In this document: piece by piece, positions 8,040 to 15,669 of the stretch | Position numbering within the stretch: position 1 is the first letter of the stretch | How the letters are laid out: every line of letters starts with the position of its first letter | NCBI RefSeq assembly: GCF_008065095.1 | Contig: NZ_CP042911.1 | Span: 7,830,001-7,862,000, forward strand | DNA: 32,000 nt | Source: Gemmata obscuriglobus | GTDB taxonomy: Bacteria > Planctomycetota > Planctomycetia > Gemmatales > Gemmataceae | Reading direction: 5' to 3' | Made by a program: the position numbers and the translations under genes | Notes under the pieces: generated by a model | The model's input: only the letters and a program-made list of their open reading frames with translations | Databases searched by the model: none | Told to the model about the DNA's origin: nothing

Positions 8040-8557
8040 CTAGCTCGGATCATTCGTGAATGCGTGGCGGTAGCGACCCTGAGGTTATGTCTCCATTGGA
8101 ACTGGGCGACATACTGGGACAGGAACCACTTACTCACGCGGCGGAACAGGCGCAAGAAGTTACGGAGCCCGGTCCCGGCGCCTTCCGTGGTGTTGGTGCG
8201 CGTCTCACGAGCCCCGTCCCCGTCGTCATCCCGGACCCACCCGCGGTTGGCCGGCGCGCAACGAGCCGGCTCATGGGTCCGATCGGCCTGGGGCAACCCG
8301 CCGTACCCCTTCCGCCCGTCCATGTTCGCCGTCGCGTTCGTAACCGTGGCCCCGTCACGAGCCCGTCCAGCGTCGCTTGGCTCGCGTGCCTGACGACCCG
8401 CGGCCGCGCATGTCCCGAGTCCCGATCGCCCCGGCCACGGCAGGCGGTCGTTGTCGAACGTTCCGTGCCCGCACCGCTTATTGGCCCGGCGCCGCGGCGC
8501 ACATCGCCGCGGTTGGCCCGGGCCGCCAACCGGAAACGACCGCCCCCGGTATCACGC
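8040..8557 (-). pseudogene. IS1595-family transposase remnant (C-terminal half, multiple frameshifts)
   Basis: Recognisable pieces lie in three frames: PRRRANKRCGHGTFDNDR, then RPRVVRHASQATLDGLV, then WVRDDDGDGARETRTNTTEG..GLRNFLRLFRRVSKWFLSQYVAQFQWRHNLR. The N-terminal half is absent. Confidence 0.6.
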
Positions 8558-8560
8558 CGC

Positions 8561-8808
8561 CGTCACGCGTCCGCGTCGGTACCGTCGAGGTGCAGGTGCG
8601 GGCTCACCCCCTGGCCGCCCCGCAGCTCGATCACCCGGTCGGCGCGCCCCTGCGTCAGCAGGGCGGTCAGGTCCACGCCCAGCTCCTTGAGCCGCCCCAG
8701 GTGCGCCCGCTGCCGCTCGTCGGTCCGGCACGCACCTCCTGCTCCGCCTCCTGGCGCTTGCGCGTCGGGTCGATCTCGGTGCCCACCTCGATCGCCGGCT
8801 CGGTGCGC
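8561..8808. repeat. Direct repeat copy B, shortened duplicate of 36..350
   Basis: See copy A. It has a 66-nt deletion and a 1-nt deletion relative to copy A. Confidence 0.85.
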
Positions 8809-9165
8809 AGGCTCGACCGATTCCGTTTCCGTCCGGCCGTACAGCCGGTCGATGGCGTCCCGGATCTCGTCCCGCGGGTACTGCGCGAACGCGATGTACT
8901 TGTTCAGGAGGAACGACAGCTTGTCCCGGAGCAGGACGTCCGACGGGTAGGCGGTGGCGACGTGAACGGTGCGGCCGTCGAGTCGCACGGCCAGTACGGT
9001 GTGCGCGCGTGCGACCGATTCGGGGATCAGTTGGACGACTGCGAGCGGCGGGGAGCGGGCGGGCACGCCGGCCGGCGCCCCGTGGCCTCTTGTTCCGCGA
9101 TGTGCTGTGCGCCCCGGCGCCGGATCAGCGTGGGGATCATCTGATAGCCAGGATATTAGCCACAA
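8563..9165 (-). CDS. T2SSE_N (GspE/MshE N-terminal)-domain protein with a chimeric 3' end
   Basis: LIPESVARAHTVLAVRLDGRTVHVATAYPSDVLLRDKLSFLLNKYIAFAQYPRDEIRDAIDRLYG fits the GspE N-terminal domain pattern. The last third is repeat copy B, and about 32 of its codons are read in a frame different from copy A. The N-terminal 40 aa are compositionally doubtful. Confidence 0.5.
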   Translation of the reverse strand: MWLISWLSDDPHADPAPGRTAHRGTRGHGAPAGVPARSPPLAVVQLIPESVARAHTVLAVRLDGRTVHVATAYPSDVLLRDKLSFLLNKYIAFAQYPRDEIRDAIDRLYGRTETESVEPAHRAGDRGGHRDRPDAQAPGGGAGGACRTDERQRAHLGRLKELGVDLTALLTQGRADRVIELRGGQGVSPHLHLDGTDADA

Positions 9166-9265
9166 AAAGGCACAACGGGCGCAAAAGGGAGCCGAAGGCA
9201 GAGGACTGATTCAATTGACTATCTGTCTCCGGTTCCCTTTTGTGCCCGTTGTGCCTTTTTGTGGC
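9159..9265. repeat. Hairpin of the GCCACAAAAAGGCACAA(A/C)GGGC repeat family (32-bp arms, 43-nt loop)
   Basis: Arms at 9159-9190 and 9234-9265 are complementary in 31/32 positions. The same family occurs at 23284-23336 and 24652-24889. Confidence 0.85.
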
Positions 9266-9373
9266 CGTAGTTTCGTCTTTCTCTGCGATCACGGCATACG
9301 GTGCCGGGCTCGGCACGACGCGGCTCCGCGGAGCCCGCGCCGCCGACCCGTATACCACCGCGGCCAGTTCGGC
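9191..9373 (-). repeat. Possible decayed terminal attC-like site of the array
   Basis: A GCCGAAC core (minus strand; + strand GTTCGGC at 9367-9373) directly follows the stop of 9374..9724. The nearest partner core is GCCGAAG at 9191-9197. The interior is occupied by one arm of the 9159..9265 hairpin. Confidence 0.25.
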
Positions 9374-9724
9374 CTACTCGCCACAGCGCTCTTTTACCTC
9401 GACTAACTGGAACGGCCGCCGGCGCTCGGCTGCCAAGGCGCAATAAGCGCTGAGAACCCACCAGCTCGTCTGGGCCGCACAGGCAGTCGCACAGGTCCGC
9501 CGCCCCCCTGCCCTCGCAACGCCCTTTCCAACGCCGCGAGCGCCGCGGGGCGCGGCGTACCGCCAGTCGAGCAGTTCGGCGTACCGAAGGGCCAGCCTGT
9601 TGAACAGTTCCGCCCGGCGGGTCGAGCCGGGCCGGAGGGCGTCGTATCGGGACCGCCACCGGCTCGACAGGAACGGGCGCAGGAGGCCGGCGTGGTCCGG
9701 TTCTGGCGCGACGCGTTCACCCAC
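9374..9724 (-). CDS. Last cassette ORF, hypothetical (116 aa)
   Basis: GTG start 6 nt after a GGAGGG that directly follows the core at 9737. The second half is Ala/Arg/Gly-rich, so a frameshift or non-coding status cannot be excluded. Confidence 0.3.
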   Translation of the reverse strand: MGERVAPEPDHAGLLRPFLSSRWRSRYDALRPGSTRRAELFNRLALRYAELLDWRYAAPRGARGVGKGVARAGGRRTCATACAAQTSWWVLSAYCALAAERRRPFQLVEVKERCGE

Positions 9725-9736
9725 CTTGTTCCCTCC

Positions 9737-9837
9737 GCCGAACGACACGCTCACCGGCCCGGCCGCGACACGAACGCGTGAGGGCAAGGAGGAACAGACC
9801 ACGTGCAGGGAGGGTCCGGTGCGGCACCGGGTTCGGC
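9737..9837 (-). repeat. attC-like cassette-boundary repeat (101 bp, divergent centre)
   Basis: + strand GCCGAAC at 9737-9743 and GTTCGGC at 9831-9837. The inner stem CACCGG/CCGGTG is kept. Confidence 0.65.
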
Positions 9838-9843
9838 GTGCCT

Positions 9844-10326
9844 CTACTCCTCGGTGACCTCAACGGTCGGGTACTCGGCCCCGACGTGGGCGCCCGGGCA
9901 GCGGCTCAGCACGACCTCTCGGGACCACAGGCACTCGAGGCTGTACACGGGGTGGATGGAGTTCTGAAACAGGTTGTCCCCGATCCCGTCCGACCACTGC
10001 CCCATCGTGTACTCGACCAGCGCCCGCAACTCGGCCGGCGCGAGCGGCCGCGGCGACCGGTACTCGGTCGTGGCGGTCAGTAACGGCTCGCCGGCGCGGT
10101 GCCCGAAGGTGATGACCCCGCCGGGCTCGAGCACCGCGGCCAGTTCCAGCTCCTCCGGCGTCGGGTGGAGGCCGCCCGGCCCGAGGTAGTCGGTGAACGT
10201 CTCGTCGTCGGCGACGAGGCCGTCGAGCGTGCTCAGGATGTCGGGGTCGGTCACCACCTGACACGGGTCCTCGTGCGGCCCCGGGGAGCAGACGCAAGCG
10301 TACCCACGGATCGCGATTCGAATCAC
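9844..10326 (-). CDS. Cassette ORF, hypothetical protein (160 aa)
   Basis: GTG start 6 nt after a GGAGGG that follows the core at 10343. Balanced amino-acid composition. The stop lies 6 nt before the next repeat. Confidence 0.6.
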   Translation of the reverse strand: MIRIAIRGYACVCSPGPHEDPCQVVTDPDILSTLDGLVADDETFTDYLGPGGLHPTPEELELAAVLEPGGVITFGHRAGEPLLTATTEYRSPRPLAPAELRALVEYTMGQWSDGIGDNLFQNSIHPVYSLECLWSREVVLSRCPGAHVGAEYPTVEVTEE

Positions 10327-10342
10327 GTCACGCCCTCCGCTC

Positions 10343-10427
10343 GCCGAACAACCCGCTCACCCGCCACCATCGGCTGAGCGGTGCGCCCCGAATCAGCGGC
10401 GGCGCCGGGGGCCACGCCGGGTTCGGC
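10343..10427 (-). repeat. attC-like cassette-boundary repeat (85 bp)
   Basis: Cores at 10343-10349 and 10421-10427. Consensus-like centre (...ggctgagcggtgcgccccgaatcag...). Confidence 0.7.
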
Positions 10428-10473
10428 TCGGCCTTACACGCGGCCGACGCCTCGCACCCGACGGCCCGCACGG

Positions 10474-10773
10474 TCAGTCCCTCCGGCACCACGCGGCGGT
10501 GACCGCGCAACCGATCCAGAAGGCCCAAAAGAATGCACAGAACAGCACCGCGGCTCCGATGCCTACGAGCCAGCCGCCACGGCCCGAAAGCGGTGCGACG
10601 CACGCCTCCCCGAGCACGAACGGGAACGACAGCCCCATCACGCGGGTGGCCCACCACCGCGCACGGCGGTAAGCCGCGACCGCCGCTCCGGCCCGCGTCC
10701 CGCGCCGCACGGGTGCCGAGCGCCCCTCCCCGGCGCGCGCGGCTTCCGGCGGCGGAGGCACAGGAACAAACAT
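10474..10773 (-). CDS. Cassette ORF, small membrane protein (99 aa)
   Basis: ATG at 10773, shortly after the core at 10788. Two hydrophobic helices (VMGLSFPFVLGEACV, WLVGIGAAVLFCAFFWAFWIGCAV). Confidence 0.45.
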   Translation of the reverse strand: MFVPVPPPPEAARAGEGRSAPVRRGTRAGAAVAAYRRARWWATRVMGLSFPFVLGEACVAPLSGRGGWLVGIGAAVLFCAFFWAFWIGCAVTAAWCRRD

Positions 10774-10787
10774 CGCGCCCTCTGCTT

Positions 10788-10865
10788 GCCGAACAACAAC
10801 CTCACCTGCACTGCCATCACCCATGAGCGATGCGTCACCAATCAGCCGGCGTTGCCGGGTTCGGC
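10788..10865 (-). repeat. attC-like cassette-boundary repeat (78 bp, shortened 3' arm)
   Basis: Cores at 10788-10794 and 10859-10865. The stop of 10842..11288 lies inside. Confidence 0.7.
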
Positions 10866-11288
10866 CCGGCTTCCCCCGGCCTCGGCCCACCACGCGGCGA
10901 GTTGTGGGGGCGGTTCCTCCCACCCCATCCAACTGCCCCAGTACTCGACCACCCATCGCCCGATCGCAGACCGCTGGTCTTGGGTGAAGGATTGGGGGGC
11001 GAACTCACCGCCGGTCAGCGCCGCCTCCAATGAGTCGACCTGCATGCCATTGGACCCGAATGCCGACAGCATGAACGCCGGCAGGTAGTACCGCTGGGCG
11101 GCCGGGGTGAGCAGCGGGAACGCGTGGTGACATTCCCTGGGAAAACCGGCGGCCACCTCCGGCCACGGCTGCCCCCCGAGCAACACGTCGGCCGCGTCGC
11201 ACTCCGGGCACCGGTGCTCAGTGATCGGACGCGGAGGGAGCGGTGCGTCCGGGAACGCCTCTCGCAACTGCCGCAACAGGGACCGCAC
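10842..11288 (-). CDS. Cassette ORF, Cys-x-E-C / YYLPAFM motif protein (DUF6714-like, tentative)
   Basis: GTG start after GGAGG. Motifs HRCPECD...LLGGQPWPEV...QRYYLPAFM. The last residues, AEPGNAG, are encoded by the repeat. Confidence 0.65.
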   Translation of the reverse strand: MRSLLRQLREAFPDAPLPPRPITEHRCPECDAADVLLGGQPWPEVAAGFPRECHHAFPLLTPAAQRYYLPAFMLSAFGSNGMQVDSLEAALTGGEFAPQSFTQDQRSAIGRWVVEYWGSWMGWEEPPPQLAAWWAEAGGSRAEPGNAG

Positions 11289-11305
11289 GCCGGTAGCCTC
11301 CGCTC

Positions 11306-11349
11306 GCCGAAGATTCAGCCCACCGGCACCGCCGGGGTCGGTCTCGGCG
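11306..11349 (-). repeat. Truncated attC-like repeat (~44 bp)
   Basis: GCCGAAG at 11306-11312 plus arm CACCGGCACCGCC, then an abrupt GGTCTCGGC. The centre and second arm are missing. Confidence 0.5.
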
Positions 11350-11351
11350 AC

Positions 11352-11588
11352 CTACGGCCCGGTCAGCAGTTTCACCAGCGCCATCAGCGCGACCACGAGC
11401 GTGACACCGACGATCACGACCCACATGTACGCCCGCTGCGCCCGGACGGCCCCCTTCTGGAGGGCGACGGACTTCTTCTGGAGGTCGAACGACTCGTCCA
11501 ACACCCGCCGCCGGTAGGCCAACTCCTCCCGCTGCGCGTCACGGATCTCGGTCAGCAGACGGAGGATCTGTTGCTCGGCTTCGCTCAC
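11352..11588 (-). CDS. Cassette ORF, small coiled-coil protein with C-terminal TM helix (78 aa)
   Basis: GTG start after GGGAGAGGG. C-terminal helix YMWVVIVGVTLVVALMALVKLL. Confidence 0.6.
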   Translation of the reverse strand: MSEAEQQILRLLTEIRDAQREELAYRRRVLDESFDLQKKSVALQKGAVRAQRAYMWVVIVGVTLVVALMALVKLLTGP

Positions 11589-11605
11589 GCGGGTCGCCCT
11601 CTCCC

Positions 11606-11686
11606 ACAGGACATCAAGCTCACGGCACCGCCATCACCGGATGAGCGGTGCGTCACCAATCCGCCGGCGCCGCCCCGGGCGCGGCG
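11606..11686 (-). repeat. Degenerate attC-like repeat (consensus centre, mutated cores)
   Basis: ctcacggcaccgccatcaccggatgagcggtgcgtcaccaat matches the family consensus. Both terminal cores have diverged. Confidence 0.5.
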
Positions 11687-12151
11687 CTATTCCTTGGCCC
11701 TGATCAGTACGCGCTCTTCGGTCTCGACCACCAATGTTATCTTGTCACCCGGTTGGCAACGATGGCCGAGTTGGTATTCGTGCCATCCGCCGTCGCCGAA
11801 CCGCACCTTGAGTGTTTCCAGAACGAGCGGCTCGGGATACCTCTCGCTCCAAACCTCCAGCGGTTCCCCTTCGATGGTGGCCTTCCGCGTCCAGTTTGTG
11901 GCATACGAGCGGCGTTTGTCCGGACGATCCACCGACTTACACTTCATCCCGAATTCTTGGATCGGCACCCCGGTTCGGTTGTGAACCCATACCGTGGTCT
12001 CGGCGCTGTTGTTCCTCAGTTGCTGCTCCCTCATCAGCGCGTCGAGCGCGGTCATATCACGATCAGTTTGGAAGGCACAGCCCGCCGTCCAAACGAGCGC
12101 GCCGCCGCAGAGCATCACGCGAGCGAATCGCATCACCGAGTTTGCAACCAT
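11687..12151 (-). CDS. Cassette ORF, lipoprotein (154 aa)
   Basis: ATG at 12151 after AAGGAAG. Signal and lipobox MVANSVMRFARVMLCGGALVWTAGC. Confidence 0.65.
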   Translation of the reverse strand: MVANSVMRFARVMLCGGALVWTAGCAFQTDRDMTALDALMREQQLRNNSAETTVWVHNRTGVPIQEFGMKCKSVDRPDKRRSYATNWTRKATIEGEPLEVWSERYPEPLVLETLKVRFGDGGWHEYQLGHRCQPGDKITLVVETEERVLIRAKE

Positions 12152-12169
12152 ACGTGCTTCCTTGCTGGC

Positions 12170-12256
12170 GCCGAACTTACCACTCACCGACCCCGCCATC
12201 AACTGCACCGCGGCGCCGAATCAGCCGGCGGTGCCCGGTGCCGTGCCGGGTTCGGG
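12170..12256 (-). repeat. attC-like cassette-boundary repeat (87 bp, variant centre)
   Basis: GCCGAAC at 12170-12176 and GTTCGGG at 12250-12256. The stop of 12221..12700 lies inside. Confidence 0.7.
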
Positions 12257-12700
12257 GCGCTCGCGGCCCCCGGCCCAGGCCCGCACGTCCGCCAGGAACG
12301 GCTCGAACCCCGGCCAGTACACCTCCGACTCCCGCACCTCGAACCGCCGCCACCCGACCGCGAACCGCACCGCCCGGTCGCTGAACGTGTCGGCGTCGTC
12401 CTCCCGGCGGAGGTCCACCACGGACCACCACTCGACCGCCGCCCACCGGAGGACGAACCCGCCCACAAGCCGGGGCCGCCTGGAGACGCCGTCGGGGCCG
12501 ACCTCCACCCGTGTCCGCAGGTGGGCGACGCCGAGCAGGGCCACCGCCACCGCAAACGGGGGGAAGCAACACACGCCGACCGCGTCGCCCGGGTGCCCGC
12601 GGAGGCCGGCGCCCAAGCCGACGATCAGCACAACGGCGGCGATACTCACGACCAGCCACCCCTGGTCGCGCCGCGGACGATAAACCCGTGGCCAGTCCAC
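12221..12700 (-). CDS. Cassette ORF, membrane protein (159 aa), possibly bacterial PH-like
   Basis: GTG at 12700, 4 nt after GGAGG. Two N-terminal hydrophobic helices. The tail EPGTAPGTAG is encoded by the repeat. Confidence 0.55.
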   Translation of the reverse strand: MDWPRVYRPRRDQGWLVVSIAAVVLIVGLGAGLRGHPGDAVGVCCFPPFAVAVALLGVAHLRTRVEVGPDGVSRRPRLVGGFVLRWAAVEWWSVVDLRREDDADTFSDRAVRFAVGWRRFEVRESEVYWPGFEPFLADVRAWAGGRERPEPGTAPGTAG

Positions 12701-12709
12701 TGCGCCTCC

Positions 12710-12800
12710 ACCGAAGAACAACCTTGACCGGCACCGCCATCACCTGCACCGCGGCGCGCCCCGAATCCGCCCGCGGTGTCAGGGCCGCACCTGGGCCGGC
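12710..12800 (-). repeat. attC-like repeat with degenerate cores (~90 bp)
   Basis: ACCGAAGAAC at 12710-12719 ... GGCCGGC at ~12794-12800. The centre resembles the 12170 copy (cacctgcaccgcggcg). Confidence 0.55.
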
Positions 12801-12802
12801 AT

Positions 12803-13432
12803 CTACCGGTTTTCGGGCCGCTCCCAGCGAGCTTTGACGACCAGTGCCCAACGGGCCTTCTTCACCGCCTCTTCCAGCGGCTCTCCGTCCATTCGCCCGT
12901 CCGTGCGGACCACGAACGCCCACACCGGTACCACCTCGCCTTCCGCCAACTCCCGTGGCTCGGCCAGGTCCACCGCGCGGCTCATTTGCCCCATGTCCGA
13001 CACTTCCGGGACGGCAGCCGTGTAGGAGTGCGAGGCCCCCTGACCGGACGGCGTAGCCACCGCCGTCACCAGCCGGTACACTCGGCCCCCTTTGGAGTCG
13101 TGTGCCTCCCGAATGGAGAACGACACCTCACTCGGCCCGCGCACCCGCGACTTCGACGAGCCCAGAGTACGCGGCTTTCCCATCTCCCAGAGTTCGGGCT
13201 CGAAGCCGAAAAAGAGGTCCTCGTCGGGGGCGTCGAGACGGAGGCAGCCGGTCGCCGTCAGGTCAAGGTGAGGGGAGAGGCGGCCGAGCTCTCCGGTCAG
13301 CAGCTTGGCCGGCGCGACGCGGACGACTCGGGCGGGCGCCCCTGAATCGGTTGGCGCGGTCGGCGACCGGCGGCACCCGCCGACCACCGCCAGGACGATG
13401 GCGCAGAAGAGTCCCACACACCAGCGTTTCAT
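12803..13432 (-). CDS. Cassette ORF, lipoprotein (209 aa)
   Basis: ATG start. Signal and lipobox MKRWCVGLFCAIVLAVVGGC. Confidence 0.65.
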   Translation of the reverse strand: MKRWCVGLFCAIVLAVVGGCRRSPTAPTDSGAPARVVRVAPAKLLTGELGRLSPHLDLTATGCLRLDAPDEDLFFGFEPELWEMGKPRTLGSSKSRVRGPSEVSFSIREAHDSKGGRVYRLVTAVATPSGQGASHSYTAAVPEVSDMGQMSRAVDLAEPRELAEGEVVPVWAFVVRTDGRMDGEPLEEAVKKARWALVVKARWERPENR

Positions 13433-13449
13433 ACCGGACCCCTTCTGTG

Positions 13450-13498
13450 GCCGAACAACACCTTCACCGGCTTTACGGCACGCCGCGGCTGGCGCGAC
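13450..13498 (-). repeat. Short attC-like repeat (~49 bp)
   Basis: GCCGAAC at 13450-13456 plus CACCGGC, followed by a short divergent second half ending at the stop of 13499..13966. Confidence 0.5.
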
Positions 13499-13966
13499 TC
13501 AGTTGAGCCCCTTACATACTCGGATCTGCTGATGCACCTGCTCGACGAACTCATCAAAGTCTCCAACTCCGCGCCGTGCCCGAGCAATGAGCAGCGCCGG
13601 TACACCCGCATCGGTCACGAGCTGAGCGAATTCGGTTTTGCGGACGGTTGCCAATGCCACCGACGCACAGACCAGGCCGACCCCACCGACGAGAACGGCA
13701 CCGAGCCCCAGGGGGTCGAGCTTGAGCCCTTCCACAAGCACCGGCCAGCCGCACCCCGCTAGCGTCGCGCCCATGAGTCCCGACCAAAATGTACTGCTCC
13801 TCAGCCGCAACCAATCCACTCGCGGTTGCAGTCCGGCCAGCGGCAGCATGGCCTCGATCTCGCCCCGAAGGAAGATCGTGCTGGTGACACGGATCGCATC
13901 AAGTAACAGCACGAACCGGTGCCGGCCCTCAAACGTGACCGCTTCGTACACTGCAATCGCATCCAC
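13499..13966 (-). CDS. Cassette ORF, membrane protein (155 aa)
   Basis: GTG start after GGGGGAGG. Hydrophobic helices in the C-terminal half. Confidence 0.55.
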   Translation of the reverse strand: MDAIAVYEAVTFEGRHRFVLLLDAIRVTSTIFLRGEIEAMLPLAGLQPRVDWLRLRSSTFWSGLMGATLAGCGWPVLVEGLKLDPLGLGAVLVGGVGLVCASVALATVRKTEFAQLVTDAGVPALLIARARRGVGDFDEFVEQVHQQIRVCKGLN

Positions 13967-13988
13967 GCAACCCTCGCCTCCCCCGCGT

Positions 13989-14079
13989 ACCGAACAACAA
14001 CCTCACCGGCACCGCCGCCACCGGATGAGCGGTGCGTCCCGAGTCAGCCGGCGGTGCCCGGTGCCGCACCGGGTTCGGC
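13989..14079 (-). repeat. attC-like cassette-boundary repeat (91 bp, near-consensus)
   Basis: ACCGAAC at 13989-13995 and GTTCGGC at 14073-14079. Perfect 13-bp inner stem CACCGGCACCGCC / GGCGGTG-C-CCGGTG with one unpaired base. Confidence 0.75.
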
Positions 14080-14093
14080 GTCACCCGACGTGG

Positions 14094-14984
14094 CTACTTC
14101 CGTTGGCCCGATACCTTGGCTCCGGCCTTCTCCAGCGATTCCACGATCTCCTGGCTGGAGTGCTTGCGCGCGTAGTCCAGGATGTTCGGGTAAAACTTCC
14201 CACCGGTCACGTCCGTTTTGGCCCCCCGAGCGAGCAAAAGCTTGACGATCTCTTTGTCCCCGGCCCAGACCGCGTTTGTCAAAGCGGTGGCCTCCCCGCC
14301 GGCGTTGGGCATGAACGTCCCCTCGTTCACGTCGGCCCCGGCGTCCAGAAGGAGTTGAACGATCTCCTTGTCCTTCCGGCCGGCGGCCAGCCCCAGCGGG
14401 GTGATACTTCCCCACAGGTTCGATCCCTCGGACGGCCGCCGCGCCAGCTTCGGATCGTCCTTGAGCATCTTCTTGACCGCGTCCCGCTTCTTGAGCATGA
14501 TCGCCGACCGCAAGTCGAGCGCGACGCCGGAGGCCAGGACGGCCTCGGCGACATCCGCGTGTTCGTCCTCGGCCGCCCGTTGAAGAGGCGTGTTCCCCCA
14601 AGCGTCCTTCCGGTTCAGATCCGCCCCGGCCTTGATCAGAAGTTTGGCGACAGCCGCGTTACTGACGACGTGCATCGGGGTGTACCGGTTGTAGGAGACG
14701 GAGTTCACGTCGGCCTTCTGATCGATCAGCCACTTGGCCGTTTCCACGCGGCCGTACCGGGCCGCGTAATGCAGAGCGGTGCAGTCGGATTCGTCCGCGT
14801 CGTGGACGAGTGACGGGTTCTGCTTCACCAGCTTCAGGATCGCGTCGTCTTTTCCATCGGCGAACGTCGTGTGCAGCGCTTTGAGGACGGCAGGATCGGT
14901 ACGTTTGGGCTCCTCGGCGCGGGAAGCACCGCCCGCGCCCACGAGACACAAACACCCGATCAGGAGCAACGACGCCGTTCGCAT
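14094..14984 (-). CDS. Cassette ORF, secreted ankyrin-repeat protein (296 aa)
   Basis: ATG at 14984 after AAGGAGGA. Signal peptide MRTASLLLIGCLCLVGAGGASRA. Repeated TALHYAA/TPLQRAA...G..VN ankyrin units. The 400-aa ORF in the track is a read-through extension across the repeat. Confidence 0.85.
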   Translation of the reverse strand: MRTASLLLIGCLCLVGAGGASRAEEPKRTDPAVLKALHTTFADGKDDAILKLVKQNPSLVHDADESDCTALHYAARYGRVETAKWLIDQKADVNSVSYNRYTPMHVVSNAAVAKLLIKAGADLNRKDAWGNTPLQRAAEDEHADVAEAVLASGVALDLRSAIMLKKRDAVKKMLKDDPKLARRPSEGSNLWGSITPLGLAAGRKDKEIVQLLLDAGADVNEGTFMPNAGGEATALTNAVWAGDKEIVKLLLARGAKTDVTGGKFYPNILDYARKHSSQEIVESLEKAGAKVSGQRK

Positions 14985-15016
14985 GACCTTCCTCCTTGCT
15001 CTACCACACGCAGCAC

Positions 15017-15108
15017 GTCGAACAAACTGATCACCGGCACCGCCCACCACCGGATGAGCGATGCGCACCGAATCAGCCGGCGGTGTCCGGTGGCGTGCCG
15101 GGTTCGGC
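15017..15108 (-). repeat. attC-like cassette-boundary repeat (92 bp)
   Basis: GTCGAAC at 15017-15023 and GTTCGGC at 15102-15108. The stop of 15073..15555 lies inside. Confidence 0.75.
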
Positions 15109-15555
15109 GCCTTGCTCCACGGCACGGACGGCCTGTGGGTCGAGGTAGACCGCGACCGGCCACATGCAGTCCGACCGCTCGGTGCCGACCACGCGGCCGC
15201 ACGCACAGATGCGATTGGGGCCGTGGGCACCGCTCGGCCCGCAGCACCCGATCCAACGCCCCCGCTCCGGGTGGTTGCCCACCCCGACCAGCGCACCCGG
15301 TCGGACCGCGAAACAGCCCGTGAAGTCCACCGGCTGGCCGTCGAAGTTGCTCGGCAGGTGCCCGGCCGCGACCGGCCAGTAATGCTTCTCCGGTACGAGC
15401 GGGGCCAATTCCTTCTCGCAAAGGGCCGCCGCGTCGTCCAACCGCCGCAGCGGCGCGGTCAGCGCGGTTCCGCATCCTCGGCATGCGAACACCGCGACCG
15501 CCGGCGGAGGGGGTGGGACGTGCCACGACTCCTGATGTCGCTGGACCCGCTTCAC
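15073..15555 (-). CDS. Cassette ORF, cysteine-rich hypothetical protein (160 aa)
   Basis: Contains CRGCG...GCCGPSGAHGPNRICACG...DC, a putative metal-binding pattern. The tail AEPGTPPDTAG is encoded by the repeat. Confidence 0.6.
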   Translation of the reverse strand: MKRVQRHQESWHVPPPPPAVAVFACRGCGTALTAPLRRLDDAAALCEKELAPLVPEKHYWPVAAGHLPSNFDGQPVDFTGCFAVRPGALVGVGNHPERGRWIGCCGPSGAHGPNRICACGRVVGTERSDCMWPVAVYLDPQAVRAVEQGAEPGTPPDTAG

Positions 15556-15575
15556 GCCGTGCAGCCCTCAAGGTT

Positions 15576-15666
15576 GCCGAACAAACCGCTCACCTGCACC
15601 GCCATCACCGGATGAGCGGTGCGTCACAATACAGCCGGCGGCGTCAGGTGCCGCGCCGGGTTCGGC
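15576..15666 (-). repeat. attC-like cassette-boundary repeat (91 bp)
   Basis: Cores at 15576-15582 and 15660-15666. Inner stem CACCTG/CAGGTG. Confidence 0.75.
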
Positions 15667-15669
15667 AGG

